A stretch of 64,000 nt of DNA from Steroidobacteraceae bacterium (GCA_035632655.1 DASQGK010000098.1:7810-71809); one strand, 5' to 3'. Positions 8,387 through 17,189 are shown, counted from the stretch's first letter. The notes: generated from the letters alone by a model not told the origin. Made by a program: numbers and translations.

Positions 8387-10240
8387 ATGTCTCCGACCGC
8401 CACACGCGTCAACGACTTCACCATCAAGATCGCCACGGTGAACGGCACCGGCTCGGCCAGCGCCAACACCCTGCTCATGAAGTCGATCTTCAGGAGCGGC
8501 ATCCCGGTGATGGGCAAGAATTACTTTCCCTCGAATATCCAGGGGCTGCCCACCTGGTACGAGATCCGCGTGACCCGCGAAGGCTACGTGGCCCGTTCCG
8601 GACAGGTCGACCTGATGGTGGCGATGAATGCGGAGACCTACGCGCGCGATGTGCGCGAGGTCGCCGCCGGCGGCTACCTGGTGTACGACTCCACCTGGCC
8701 GCGGCCCGCGCTGCTGAAGCGCGACGACATCACGGTGCTGGGCGTGCCGCTGGCGAAACTCTGCAACGAGAATTTCAACGGGGTGCGCACCCGCATCCTG
8801 ATGAAGAACATCTGCTACGCGGGGGTCCTGGCGGCGCTGCTCGACCTCGACCTGGCGCGCATCCGCGAGCTCCTCGCCGAGACCTACGCGAAGAAGCCGC
8901 AGCTGGTCGACAGCAACATGAAGGCGATCCAGCTCGGCTACGACTACGCGCGCGAGCACTTCACCTGTCCGCTGCCGCTGCGCGTCGAGCAGATGGACCG
9001 CACGGCCGGCCACATCATGATCGACGGCAACACCGCCGCGGCTTTGGGGTGCGTGTTCGCCGGCGCGACGGTGGCGGCGTGGTATCCGATCACCCCGTCC
9101 ACCTCGCTCATGGACGCATTCAAGATGTTCGCCGATCGCAGCCGCGTCGATAAGGAGAGCGGCGCGAGGAACTTCGCTTTCATCCAGGCCGAGGACGAGC
9201 TCGCTGCGGTCGGCATGGTGATCGGCGCCATGTGGAACGGTGCGCGCGCCTTCACCGCCACCTCCGGCCCCGGCATCTCGCTCATGAACGAGTTTCTCGG
9301 GCTCGCGTATTACGCCGAAGTGCCGGCGGTAATTTTCGACATCCAGCGCGTCGGCCCCTCGACCGGCATGCCGACCCGCACCCAGCAGGGCGACCTCATG
9401 CTGGCCGCCTACGCCTCGCACGGCGACACCCGTCATGTGTGCCTCTATCCGGCCAACCCCGAGGAGTGCTTCTACATGGCGGCGCAGGCCTTCGATCTCG
9501 CCGAGCGACTACAGACCCCGGTGCTGGTGCTGTCGGATCTCGACATCGGCATGAACGACTGGATGTGCCGGGATTTGAAGTGGGACGACACCTACCGGCC
9601 CGATCGCGGCAAGGTGCTCGGCAAGGAAGAGGTCCAGAAGCTCAAGAAGTTCTACCGCTTCCTCGACGTGGACGACGACGGCATCGCCTACCGCACGCTG
9701 CCGGGGGTCGACCCCAAGGCCGCCTACTTCGCCCGCGGCTCGGGCCACAACCAGTACGGCGTCTACACCGAGGACTCGGCCGAGTACCAGGTCGTCCTCG
9801 ACCGGCTGATGCGCAAGTGGGCGACCGCGAAGCGGCTGGTGCCGCGCGCGGTGATCGATGCCACCACGGACTCGAAGATCGGCATCGTTTCTCTCGGCAG
9901 CTGCGATGGCGCGATCCGCGAGGCACGCGACGTACTCGGCCGCCGCGGCATCGCGGTGGACTATATGCGCGTGCGCTCCTTCCCCTTCAGCGAGGACGTC
10001 GAGAAGTTCCTGGCGGCACATGAGCTGCTGTTCATCGTCGAGCAGAACCGCGACGCGCAGCTGCGCTCGCTCCTGACGCTGGAGACGCCGGTCGATAAGT
10101 CGAAGCTCCGCTCGCTGCTGCATTACTCGGGGCTGCCGATCTCCTCGGCCTTCATCGTCGACGGAGTGCTCGGCGAGCTGCAGCACGAGCGCGCGGCCGG
10201 ACCGGTCAGGGAGCGCACCGCGCAGGGGGCTTCGTCATGA
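8387..10240 (+). CDS. korA: 2-oxoacid:acceptor oxidoreductase subunit alpha (KorA-like)
   Basis: 617 aa. N-terminus FTIKIATVNGTGSASANTLLMKSIFRSGIPV is typical of the fused gamma/alpha KorA. It starts 1 nt after the upstream stop. Confidence 0.9.
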   Translation: MSPTATRVNDFTIKIATVNGTGSASANTLLMKSIFRSGIPVMGKNYFPSNIQGLPTWYEIRVTREGYVARSGQVDLMVAMNAETYARDVREVAAGGYLVYDSTWPRPALLKRDDITVLGVPLAKLCNENFNGVRTRILMKNICYAGVLAALLDLDLARIRELLAETYAKKPQLVDSNMKAIQLGYDYAREHFTCPLPLRVEQMDRTAGHIMIDGNTAAALGCVFAGATVAAWYPITPSTSLMDAFKMFADRSRVDKESGARNFAFIQAEDELAAVGMVIGAMWNGARAFTATSGPGISLMNEFLGLAYYAEVPAVIFDIQRVGPSTGMPTRTQQGDLMLAAYASHGDTRHVCLYPANPEECFYMAAQAFDLAERLQTPVLVLSDLDIGMNDWMCRDLKWDDTYRPDRGKVLGKEEVQKLKKFYRFLDVDDDGIAYRTLPGVDPKAAYFARGSGHNQYGVYTEDSAEYQVVLDRLMRKWATAKRLVPRAVIDATTDSKIGIVSLGSCDGAIREARDVLGRRGIAVDYMRVRSFPFSEDVEKFLAAHELLFIVEQNRDAQLRSLLTLETPVDKSKLRSLLHYSGLPISSAFIVDGVLGELQHERAAGPVRERTAQGASS

Positions 10241-11295
10241 CTTTCATCGCCAAGCCGAAGGTCGCCCACCCCTCGCTCCCCCGCAACACGCTCGGGCTGA
10301 CGCGCCGCGACTACGAGGGAGCGCTCTCGACGCTGTGCGCCGGCTGCGGCCACGACTCGATCACCGCGGCGATCGTCGAGGCGAGCTGGGGACTGTCGCT
10401 CCAGCCGCAGAACGTCGTGAAGCTGTCGGGGATCGGTTGCTCTTCCAAGACCACCGCCTATTTCGTCTCCGGCGGTCACGGCTTCAACTCCGTGCACGGC
10501 CGCATGCCCTCGATCGCCATGGGGGCGAATGCCGCCAACCGCAACCTCACCTACATCGGTGTCTCGGGCGACGGTGACACCCTGTCGATCGGCCTGGGGC
10601 AGTTCTGCCACGCCATCCGCCGCAACCTCGACATGCTCTACATCATCGAGAACAACGGCGTTTACGGGCTCACCAAGGGACAGTTCTCCGCCTCCGCCGA
10701 CATCGGCACCCGCGCGAAGAAGGGCGAGACCAACGTGCAGCCGCCGATCGACCCCGTGCTGCTCGCGATGACCCTCGGGGCATCGTTCGTGGCGCGCAGC
10801 TTCTCCGGCGACAAGGAGCAGCTGGTGCCGCTGATCCAGGCGGGCCTCAAGCACCGCGGCTTCGCGCTGATCGACGTGCTCTCGCCCTGTGTCACCTTCA
10901 ACGACCACGAGGGCTCGACCAAGAGCTACGCCTACACCCGCGAGCACTACGAGCCCGCGGTGCACACCGACTTCATCCCGCTCGAGCGGGAGATTACCGC
11001 CGCTTACCGGCAAGGCGAGGCGCTGCCGGTGGTGATGCACGACGGCAGCCGCATCGTGCTGCGCAAGCTCGACTCGGGCTACGACCCGACGAATCGCACC
11101 CTGGCCGCCGCGCAGATTCAGGAGCGCATGAAGGCGGGCGAGTACCTGACGGGACTGCTGTTCCTCGATGAGGGGGCGCAGCATGAATTTCACCAGGTGA
11201 ACTCGACCCCCGCGGCGCCGCTCAACAGCATTCCCTACGAGCAACTGTCACCCGGGTCGAAGGGCCTGGAGAAAATTCTCGCCCGTTATCGCTAG
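10237..11295 (+). CDS. korB: 2-oxoacid:ferredoxin oxidoreductase subunit beta (KorB-like, TPP-binding)
   Basis: 352 aa. ATGA overlap with korA. Motifs: CAGCGHDSI and the TPP motif GVSGDGDTLSIG...NNGVYGLTKGQ. Confidence 0.9.
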   Translation: MTFIAKPKVAHPSLPRNTLGLTRRDYEGALSTLCAGCGHDSITAAIVEASWGLSLQPQNVVKLSGIGCSSKTTAYFVSGGHGFNSVHGRMPSIAMGANAANRNLTYIGVSGDGDTLSIGLGQFCHAIRRNLDMLYIIENNGVYGLTKGQFSASADIGTRAKKGETNVQPPIDPVLLAMTLGASFVARSFSGDKEQLVPLIQAGLKHRGFALIDVLSPCVTFNDHEGSTKSYAYTREHYEPAVHTDFIPLEREITAAYRQGEALPVVMHDGSRIVLRKLDSGYDPTNRTLAAAQIQERMKAGEYLTGLLFLDEGAQHEFHQVNSTPAAPLNSIPYEQLSPGSKGLEKILARYR

Positions 11296-11321
11296 GGTGC
11301 AGCGCGGGATGCCGCGCTGAG

Positions 11322-11693
11322 CTAGAGGCCCTCGGGGCGCTCCGGCGGCGAACGCCAGTGCCAGTCCTGCGGCAGGGAGCCCAGCCGGTCGCGTCGGCTC
11401 CGCCACAGCGTTTGCCTCATCCATTTTTCCACGGCGAGCAGCGTATCGGGATCGAGCTGGCAGGTGCGGGTACCCCGCTCTTTCGATGTCCGCACCAGCC
11501 CGCAGCGCTCCAGAACCTGGACGTGATCCAGGACCCCTCTGAATGAAATTGCGAAGGCCTCGGCCAGCTCGGTCACCGTCACGTCGCCTTCCGCGAGACG
11601 CTCGATGATCCAGCGGCTGTTGGTATTGGCCAGGGCGCGAAATACACGGTTGAGCTGACGGTCGAACACGCCGCCAGCTGACACCCTGCTCAC
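11322..11693 (-). CDS. ArsR/SmtB-family transcriptional regulator
   Basis: 123 aa with a GTG start. Winged HTH: VTELAEAFAISFRGVLDHVQVLERCGLV. The start may be one of two downstream GTGs. Confidence 0.8.
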   Translation of the reverse strand: MSRVSAGGVFDRQLNRVFRALANTNSRWIIERLAEGDVTVTELAEAFAISFRGVLDHVQVLERCGLVRTSKERGTRTCQLDPDTLLAVEKWMRQTLWRSRRDRLGSLPQDWHWRSPPERPEGL

Positions 11694-11711
11694 ACGAGGG
11701 TCAACCGGGTG

Positions 11712-11866
11712 TTAGTGAAGTCTTGACTTCACAATGCGTGCGGGGGGCCCTCCCTGAGGGCTCAAGGCGTCATGGTGAAGTCGTCACTTCACCATCGACG
11801 TTGAGGCCCCTCCAGAGGGCCGCTATTCGCGGCGAAAAAGCTACACTGAAGTGACGGCTTCACCAT
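11712..11866. repeat. array of three TGAAGT-N-ACTTCA type palindromes (11715-11732, 11774-11793, 11844-11864) alternating with GGCCCTC/GAGGGCC hairpins
   Basis: Read directly: GTGAAGTCTTGACTTCAC, GGTGAAGTCGTCACTTCACC, CACTGAAGTGACGGCTTCACC. Units 1 and 2 are about 59 bp apart, and each is followed by a short GC hairpin. Confidence 0.8.
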
Positions 11867-11933
11867 CAGCCCGGGGGACATTCCGCGCGCGCTCCGGCAT
11901 CTGCGCGCACGCGCCCCACCGGGGCGCACCGGG

Positions 11934-13145
11934 CTAACGCACCGCCGAGCCGAACGCGTAGCGCACCGCGAGCTGCACCTGCGTCTCGCGGGCGAGTGCC
12001 GCAAGGCCGAAGGCGTCCGCGCGCAGATAGGAATTGCTCGTCACCCGCAGCCACTCGAGCGTGAAGCGCCAGTGGTCGTCGGGGATGAAAACCCAGGCCG
12101 CCGTCCACGCGTGACCGGTCTCGGCGCCGTCGGTGGTGTTGGGATCGACCTCGAAGCGGTCGTAGCGGGCGCTGACGGTGTTACGGCCGAACTGCCTGGC
12201 GATGAGGGCGTACTGCGCTTTGAAAGGCCAGTCGAGCACGAAGCCGCCGGGCACGATGCTGGTCTCGCCCTTGAGGCTCTGCACGATCGCCGTCCAGCCG
12301 TCGCCGCTTTCAAAGCGCGCCCCCACCGCATCGAAGGTGGTTTCCCAGGGCATGGCGCCGGAGACGAAGTTCTCCACGGTGGGATCGGCGCGGTTGTCAT
12401 AGCGCAGGGCCCGCACCACCAGGCGATTGAACCAGCGCATCTCGAGCCCCCCGTACACGCCGACACGGCCGTCGAGCTGGCGGAAGGGCTCCAGGTTGAA
12501 GAGCACCGGATCGCCGGGCAGCCCGACACGACCACCCAGCGGGGTCTGCCGGTCGGTGAGCGTGAAGCCATCGCCCGCGATGAAGGTGCCCGCGCCCTCG
12601 TTCCAGCCGAAGGCGCCGCCGGTCACGCTGAGATCGAAGTCATGTCCCTGCCGCGTGCCGAGCCAGTCGAGCTGCGCCTCGATACCGATCGTGCGCACCT
12701 CGATCGCAAGCCAGCTGTCGATCGCCGAGGATGTGAGTGTGTAGGGAGACTCCCATCCCGAGGCCCGGTTCTCGAGAGATATCGGTGGATAGAAGGCGCC
12801 CGCCTTGATGCGCAGGCGGTAACCGGCGAAGGGATAGGGCCGGAACTGCAGGTAGCCCTCGGTGAGCCCGAAGGGGATGCGGTCGTGGTCGCCCCACGCC
12901 GAAGCGTCGAGGTGCACGCTCCACACTTCACCGAGTGACTCGGTGAGCGCAAAGCGCGCGCGGCCGAGCCTCAGGCCCGATTGGTCCTGGTCGAAGCGCA
13001 CGCCGCTGATGCCACCCTGCGTGTAGGAAGGATCGGCGTTCGAGCTCACCAGCCGCCCATCGAGATCGAGCTCCCAGCCATCGGCGTGCGCGCCGGCGGC
13101 GAGGGTGAGCGCGGCGAGAGACAACAGTGCGACCGCGGCGCGCAT
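11934..13145 (-). CDS. outer-membrane beta-barrel (porin-like) protein, family unknown
   Basis: About 403 aa from ATG 13145. Signal peptide MRAAVALLSLAALTLAAGAHA, then alternating amphipathic beta-strand pattern throughout. The start shares a base with the upstream stop (TGATG). Confidence 0.6.
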   Translation of the reverse strand: MRAAVALLSLAALTLAAGAHADGWELDLDGRLVSSNADPSYTQGGISGVRFDQDQSGLRLGRARFALTESLGEVWSVHLDASAWGDHDRIPFGLTEGYLQFRPYPFAGYRLRIKAGAFYPPISLENRASGWESPYTLTSSAIDSWLAIEVRTIGIEAQLDWLGTRQGHDFDLSVTGGAFGWNEGAGTFIAGDGFTLTDRQTPLGGRVGLPGDPVLFNLEPFRQLDGRVGVYGGLEMRWFNRLVVRALRYDNRADPTVENFVSGAMPWETTFDAVGARFESGDGWTAIVQSLKGETSIVPGGFVLDWPFKAQYALIARQFGRNTVSARYDRFEVDPNTTDGAETGHAWTAAWVFIPDDHWRFTLEWLRVTSNSYLRADAFGLAALARETQVQLAVRYAFGSAVR

Positions 13146-13795
13146 CAGTAATCCCACGAATGCTGCCGGGCGATCGGCGCCGGCTCCAGGGATTTGAGGA
13201 GTCGCAGCGTCAGCTCCGCATGATCCCCTTCCCCGACCGTGAGCTCGCGCTCGAGGTCGGTGTCTGTGTCGCGCATCCGCGGGTGCCAGATCGAGATCCG
13301 GTAACGGCCGCGTGCCACCTCGACCGTCCACGCACCCGCCGCATTGGTGCGGCCGTAGAAGGGCGCATCGGTGACCAGCAGGTAGCCGACCATCTCGTCG
13401 TGGATGTTGCAGCCGAGGGTGACGACCCCTGCCTGGTCGAAGTGCACCGGCGGATAAGGCGTGCCGCGATAGAGCGGCAGCTGAAAGCGCTTGGCCGGCG
13501 AGAACGAGTAGATCTGATGGCTCACCGTGTCGCTGTTGGGGAAGGTCACGGTCGAGCCGACCGGGATGACCAGCAGATCCGGCTGAAAGGCGCGGTTCAC
13601 CTGGTCCATCACCGCCTTGATGGGCGCCAGCTTGTGCGGGGCACCGTCCAGGGGCGTCGCCGTGACGACGGCGCCCTGAAGGGGACGGCCGTCAGAGGTG
13701 TGCACCGAGATGACCAGGGTAGCCGCATCTGCTGCCGCCCCGGCGAACACGCCGAGGAGAGCCAGGATCAGTCCGGTTCGTGCCGGAGGTCTCAT
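13145..13795 (-). CDS. periplasmic cupredoxin-like protein (often annotated methylamine utilization protein) with predicted type-1 Cu ligands
   Basis: 216 aa with a signal peptide. Motifs VTFPNSDTVSHQIYS and GCNIHDEM (Cys-x2-His-x2-Met, encoded at 13391-13411), flanked by Ig/carboxypeptidase-regulatory-like segments. Confidence 0.7.
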   Translation of the reverse strand: MRPPARTGLILALLGVFAGAAADAATLVISVHTSDGRPLQGAVVTATPLDGAPHKLAPIKAVMDQVNRAFQPDLLVIPVGSTVTFPNSDTVSHQIYSFSPAKRFQLPLYRGTPYPPVHFDQAGVVTLGCNIHDEMVGYLLVTDAPFYGRTNAAGAWTVEVARGRYRISIWHPRMRDTDTDLERELTVGEGDHAELTLRLLKSLEPAPIARQHSWDY

Positions 13796-13856
13796 TCCCG
13801 CACTCGTTTCCTCGCTCAGGGCGAGGTGGGCCGCCTACGATGGGTCAGGGATTCGA

Positions 13857-16256
13857 ATGCATTTTATGGGCAGTTTCCGCAAACGGCTTCTCGTGCTGAT
13901 TATCGGCCTGGTGGTCGTCACTCAAACTGTGACGCTTGCCGCAGTGCTCGTCAGCACCCGGAACGCCGTGGAGGAGCGGGCCGCCGAGCAGCTCTCCAAG
14001 GGCGGCGATCTGGCGCAGCGACTGACCCGGGACCGTGCCATCCAGCTGGCGAGCGGCGTGGCTGTGACGGCAGCCGACTTCGGCTTCCGCGAGGCGGTCG
14101 CCACCGGGGACCGGGCCACCATCCTTTCCGCCGCCCAGAACAACGCGGGGCGCATCGGCGCCGACGTGGTGATGGTGCTCGATACCCGCGGCAAGGTGCT
14201 GGCGAGCACCGTTCCCGTGGACGAGGACGCGGCCGCCTCCGTCCGCGCGCTGCTGCGCGACCCGGAAGCGCGCGGGGCGCCGGCATTCCTGGCCCTCGGG
14301 GCCGATTCCTATCAGCTGGTGCTCGCGCCGGTGCGCACTCCCGAGACCATCGCCTGGGTCGCGATGGGATTTCTCGCCGAAGACAAGCAGGCAACGGACA
14401 TCCACAACCTGGTCGGCTCGGAGGTCGCGCTCATCCTGCACGGCCACGACGGCGTGACCCGTGTGGGGACCACGCTGCCTCAGCCGCAGCGCGACGGGCT
14501 GCTGGCCACGGCACCTGCCGCCGGAGGCGATGCCCCCCATCTCGTGAGCATCGCGGGCAAGGAGTACCTGGCGGTCGCGCAGCGGCTCGATGCGCTCGGC
14601 GACCCCGCCGAAGTGCGGCTGCTGAAGCTGCAGAGCGACGTGCTCGAGCCCTTCCACCAGCTGCGCGATGCCATGCTCGTGATCGCCGGCGTGGCGCTGC
14701 TGATGGCGGCCCTGGTCGGTGCGGTCCTCGGGCGCGGCGCTACCCGCCCGATCGGTGAGCTGGCGCGCGCCGCCCAGCGCATCCAGAAGGGACATTACGA
14801 CACCGCCGTCAACGTCTCGGGGGGCGACGAGTTCGAAAGCCTGGCGCAGACCTTCAACGCGATGCAGCGAAACATCGCGGAGCGCGAGGCCGCCATCACC
14901 TTCCACGCGCAGCACGACCCGCTCACCCAGCTGCCGAACCGCTGGTTCGCCACCCAGGTGCTCGAGCGGCTGGCCGCCGACGGTGTCCAACAGGCGGCGC
15001 GCGGGGCGCTGATCCTGATCGGCATCCGCAATCTGCGCGATATCAACGCATCCCTCGGGCTCTCCGTAGGCGATGACGTGCTGCGCGAGGTGGCGCATCG
15101 CCTGCGGCAGAACATCGGGGAAACCGACACGGTGGCGCGCCTCGGCGAGGCGCAGTTTGTCGTCATCTGTCCCGGCTGCTCGCCGGAGCGCGCCCTGCTC
15201 TATGCCGAGCAGCTCATTGGCCTGGTGCGCACCGGCTTCCACCTCGCCGGCCTCGGCCTCGATCTGCGCGTCTCCGGTGGCTTGTGCCTGGTGCCCGAGC
15301 ACGGCAGGACGGCTGACGAGCTGCTGCAGCACGCGCAGATCGCCATCGAGGAGGCGCGCGCGCGCGACGCGCACAGCGGCGTCGCCAGCTATCGCCCGGG
15401 ACAGGACGATGTGTACCGCCGCCGCCTGACCCTGATCACCGACCTGCGCGCGGCGATCGACGGTGACCAGCTGCATCTCGTGTATCAGCCGCTCGTCACC
15501 ATGGCGACGCGCTCGGTGCGCACACTCGAGGCGCTGGTGCGCTGGACGCATCCGCAGCTCGGCGCCGTGACTCCCGGCGAGTTCGTGCCGCTCGCCGAAA
15601 GCACCGGCGGCTCGGGCCGCCTCACCCAGTGGGTGCTGAAGACCGCCATCCGCCAGATGGCCCGCTGGCGCGAGGAGGGGCTGGACCTGCAGCTCGCCGT
15701 CAACCTCTCCGCACCGGACATTCTCGATCCGCACCTCGGCGATGAGATCCTGGCGCTGCTGCGTCAGCACTCGGTGCACCCGACCTCTCTGCTGCTCGAG
15801 ATCACCGAGAGCGCGGTGATGCGCGATCCGCAGCGGGCGGCCCGCAACATGCAGCTGCTGCGCATCGCCGGCGTGCGCTTCGCCATCGACGACTTCGGCA
15901 CCGGCCACTCCTCGCTCTCGCAGCTGAGCCTGCTGCCGGTCGATGAGCTCAAGATCGACCGCTCGCTCGTCACCCAGGCGGCGAACGGGGCGCCGATGAT
16001 CGTCACCTCGACCATCGAGCTCGGCCACGGCATGGGCCTCAAGGTAGTGGCGGAGGGTGTAGAGGATGCGGAAGCCTGGAGCCTGATGCGGCGCCTCGGC
16101 TGCGACTTCGCGCAGGGCTATCTCATCAGCCCGCCCATGCCCGTGTCGCAGGTGGCGCCGTTCGTGCGGCAGGCGAATCAGCTGCTGCCGGCCTCCGATG
16201 CCACCGTGCTGCAGATCCGCGCCCTCGACCAGCTCGCGGGCCGCACCAAGCGCTAG
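13857..16256 (+). CDS. membrane sensor protein: periplasmic Cache-like domain, HAMP, degenerate GGDEF, EAL (probable c-di-GMP phosphodiesterase)
   Basis: About 799 aa. It has two TM segments, then HAMP (RPIGELARAAQRIQKGHYD). The GGDEF position reads RLGEAQF (15144-15158). EAL motifs are intact: EALVRW (15528-15536), DDFGTGHSSL, KIDRSLV, EGVE. Confidence 0.9.
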   Translation: MHFMGSFRKRLLVLIIGLVVVTQTVTLAAVLVSTRNAVEERAAEQLSKGGDLAQRLTRDRAIQLASGVAVTAADFGFREAVATGDRATILSAAQNNAGRIGADVVMVLDTRGKVLASTVPVDEDAAASVRALLRDPEARGAPAFLALGADSYQLVLAPVRTPETIAWVAMGFLAEDKQATDIHNLVGSEVALILHGHDGVTRVGTTLPQPQRDGLLATAPAAGGDAPHLVSIAGKEYLAVAQRLDALGDPAEVRLLKLQSDVLEPFHQLRDAMLVIAGVALLMAALVGAVLGRGATRPIGELARAAQRIQKGHYDTAVNVSGGDEFESLAQTFNAMQRNIAEREAAITFHAQHDPLTQLPNRWFATQVLERLAADGVQQAARGALILIGIRNLRDINASLGLSVGDDVLREVAHRLRQNIGETDTVARLGEAQFVVICPGCSPERALLYAEQLIGLVRTGFHLAGLGLDLRVSGGLCLVPEHGRTADELLQHAQIAIEEARARDAHSGVASYRPGQDDVYRRRLTLITDLRAAIDGDQLHLVYQPLVTMATRSVRTLEALVRWTHPQLGAVTPGEFVPLAESTGGSGRLTQWVLKTAIRQMARWREEGLDLQLAVNLSAPDILDPHLGDEILALLRQHSVHPTSLLLEITESAVMRDPQRAARNMQLLRIAGVRFAIDDFGTGHSSLSQLSLLPVDELKIDRSLVTQAANGAPMIVTSTIELGHGMGLKVVAEGVEDAEAWSLMRRLGCDFAQGYLISPPMPVSQVAPFVRQANQLLPASDATVLQIRALDQLAGRTKR

Positions 16257-17182
16257 TCGCCCCCCTCCAGCAGCGCATCCACGCGCTGCCGGTACTTGAG
16301 CAGCAGCTCCGCCGCGAAATCGGCGAACACCCGGATCTTGGGTGAGTGGCGCACCGCCGTGCGGCACACCACCGACAGCGGCGGCCCCGGTGCCGACCAC
16401 TCCCTCAGAACGAGCTCGAGCTTGCCGACGGCCAGAGCTTCCGCGGCCAGCAGGTCCATCGTCTGGGTGATGCCGCCGCCGCGCACCGCCGCCAGCATCT
16501 GTGCCTCGGGAGTGTTGAAGGCGACGCTGAAGGGGAGGGCGAGCTGCCTGGCTTTCCCGGCGCGCTGAAACAGCCACTTGTAGGGGCGGCGCCCCCTGCT
16601 CGAGAAGTGACCGATGAGCTTGTGGCGGCGCAGGTCGTCAGGCTCGGCGGGCTCGCCGTGCTCGCGCAGGTACTCGGGTGAGGCGCAGGTCAGGAGGCGG
16701 GTGGTGACGATGCGCCGCGCGACGAGGTGCGGCTCCTTCACTGTCCCGCCGCGGATCGTCAGGTCGACTTCCTCCTCGATCAGGTCGATCACGCGGTCGT
16801 TGAGTTGTACCTCGAGCTGCAGATCCGGATAGCGCGCGGTGAAGCGCGGCAGCGCCGGGATCAGCAGCGCACGGCCGAAGACCACCGGCACATCCACGCG
16901 CAGCCTTCCCGACACCGCCAGACGCGTGCCGCGCACCGCCTCATCGGCTGCCTCGAGCTCGGCGAGGATCCTCAGGCACCGGGCCAGGTATTCCGCGCCG
17001 TCGCTCGTGAGTCCCACGCGCCGTGTCGTCCGATGGAACAGCTGACACTTGAGATGGCGCTCGAGCTCGGCGACGTGCGTGCTCACCACCGCGCGCGACA
17101 CCCCGAGCGCATCGGCGGCGCGCGTGAAGGAGTGGAGCTCGGCGACGCGCGCGAAGCTGCGCATGCACACCAGCTGGTCCAT
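16253..17182 (-). CDS. LysR-family transcriptional regulator
   Basis: 309 aa. N-terminal HTH FTRAADALGVSRAVVSTHVAELE, plus a LysR substrate-binding domain. Confidence 0.9.
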   Translation of the reverse strand: MDQLVCMRSFARVAELHSFTRAADALGVSRAVVSTHVAELERHLKCQLFHRTTRRVGLTSDGAEYLARCLRILAELEAADEAVRGTRLAVSGRLRVDVPVVFGRALLIPALPRFTARYPDLQLEVQLNDRVIDLIEEEVDLTIRGGTVKEPHLVARRIVTTRLLTCASPEYLREHGEPAEPDDLRRHKLIGHFSSRGRRPYKWLFQRAGKARQLALPFSVAFNTPEAQMLAAVRGGGITQTMDLLAAEALAVGKLELVLREWSAPGPPLSVVCRTAVRHSPKIRVFADFAAELLLKYRQRVDALLEGGD

Positions 17183-17189
17183 GGCCCTT

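Noticed and set aside
6343-8517. 724-aa ORF on the - strand covering the whole flavoprotein gene.
   Set aside because: It is antisense to a gene with clear FAD/NAD and Fe-S motifs. Its translation is Arg/Ala/Gly/His/Leu-rich with no recognisable motif. This is the typical long shadow ORF of GC-rich DNA.
11712-11866. The palindrome array as a possible CRISPR array.
   Set aside because: There are only three imperfect units with unequal spacing. The repeats are themselves full palindromes. There are no cas genes.
13845-16577. 910-aa ORF on the - strand.
   Set aside because: It is antisense to the GGDEF/EAL gene and runs out of frame into the LysR-family gene. It has low-complexity Arg/Gly/Ala composition and no start context.
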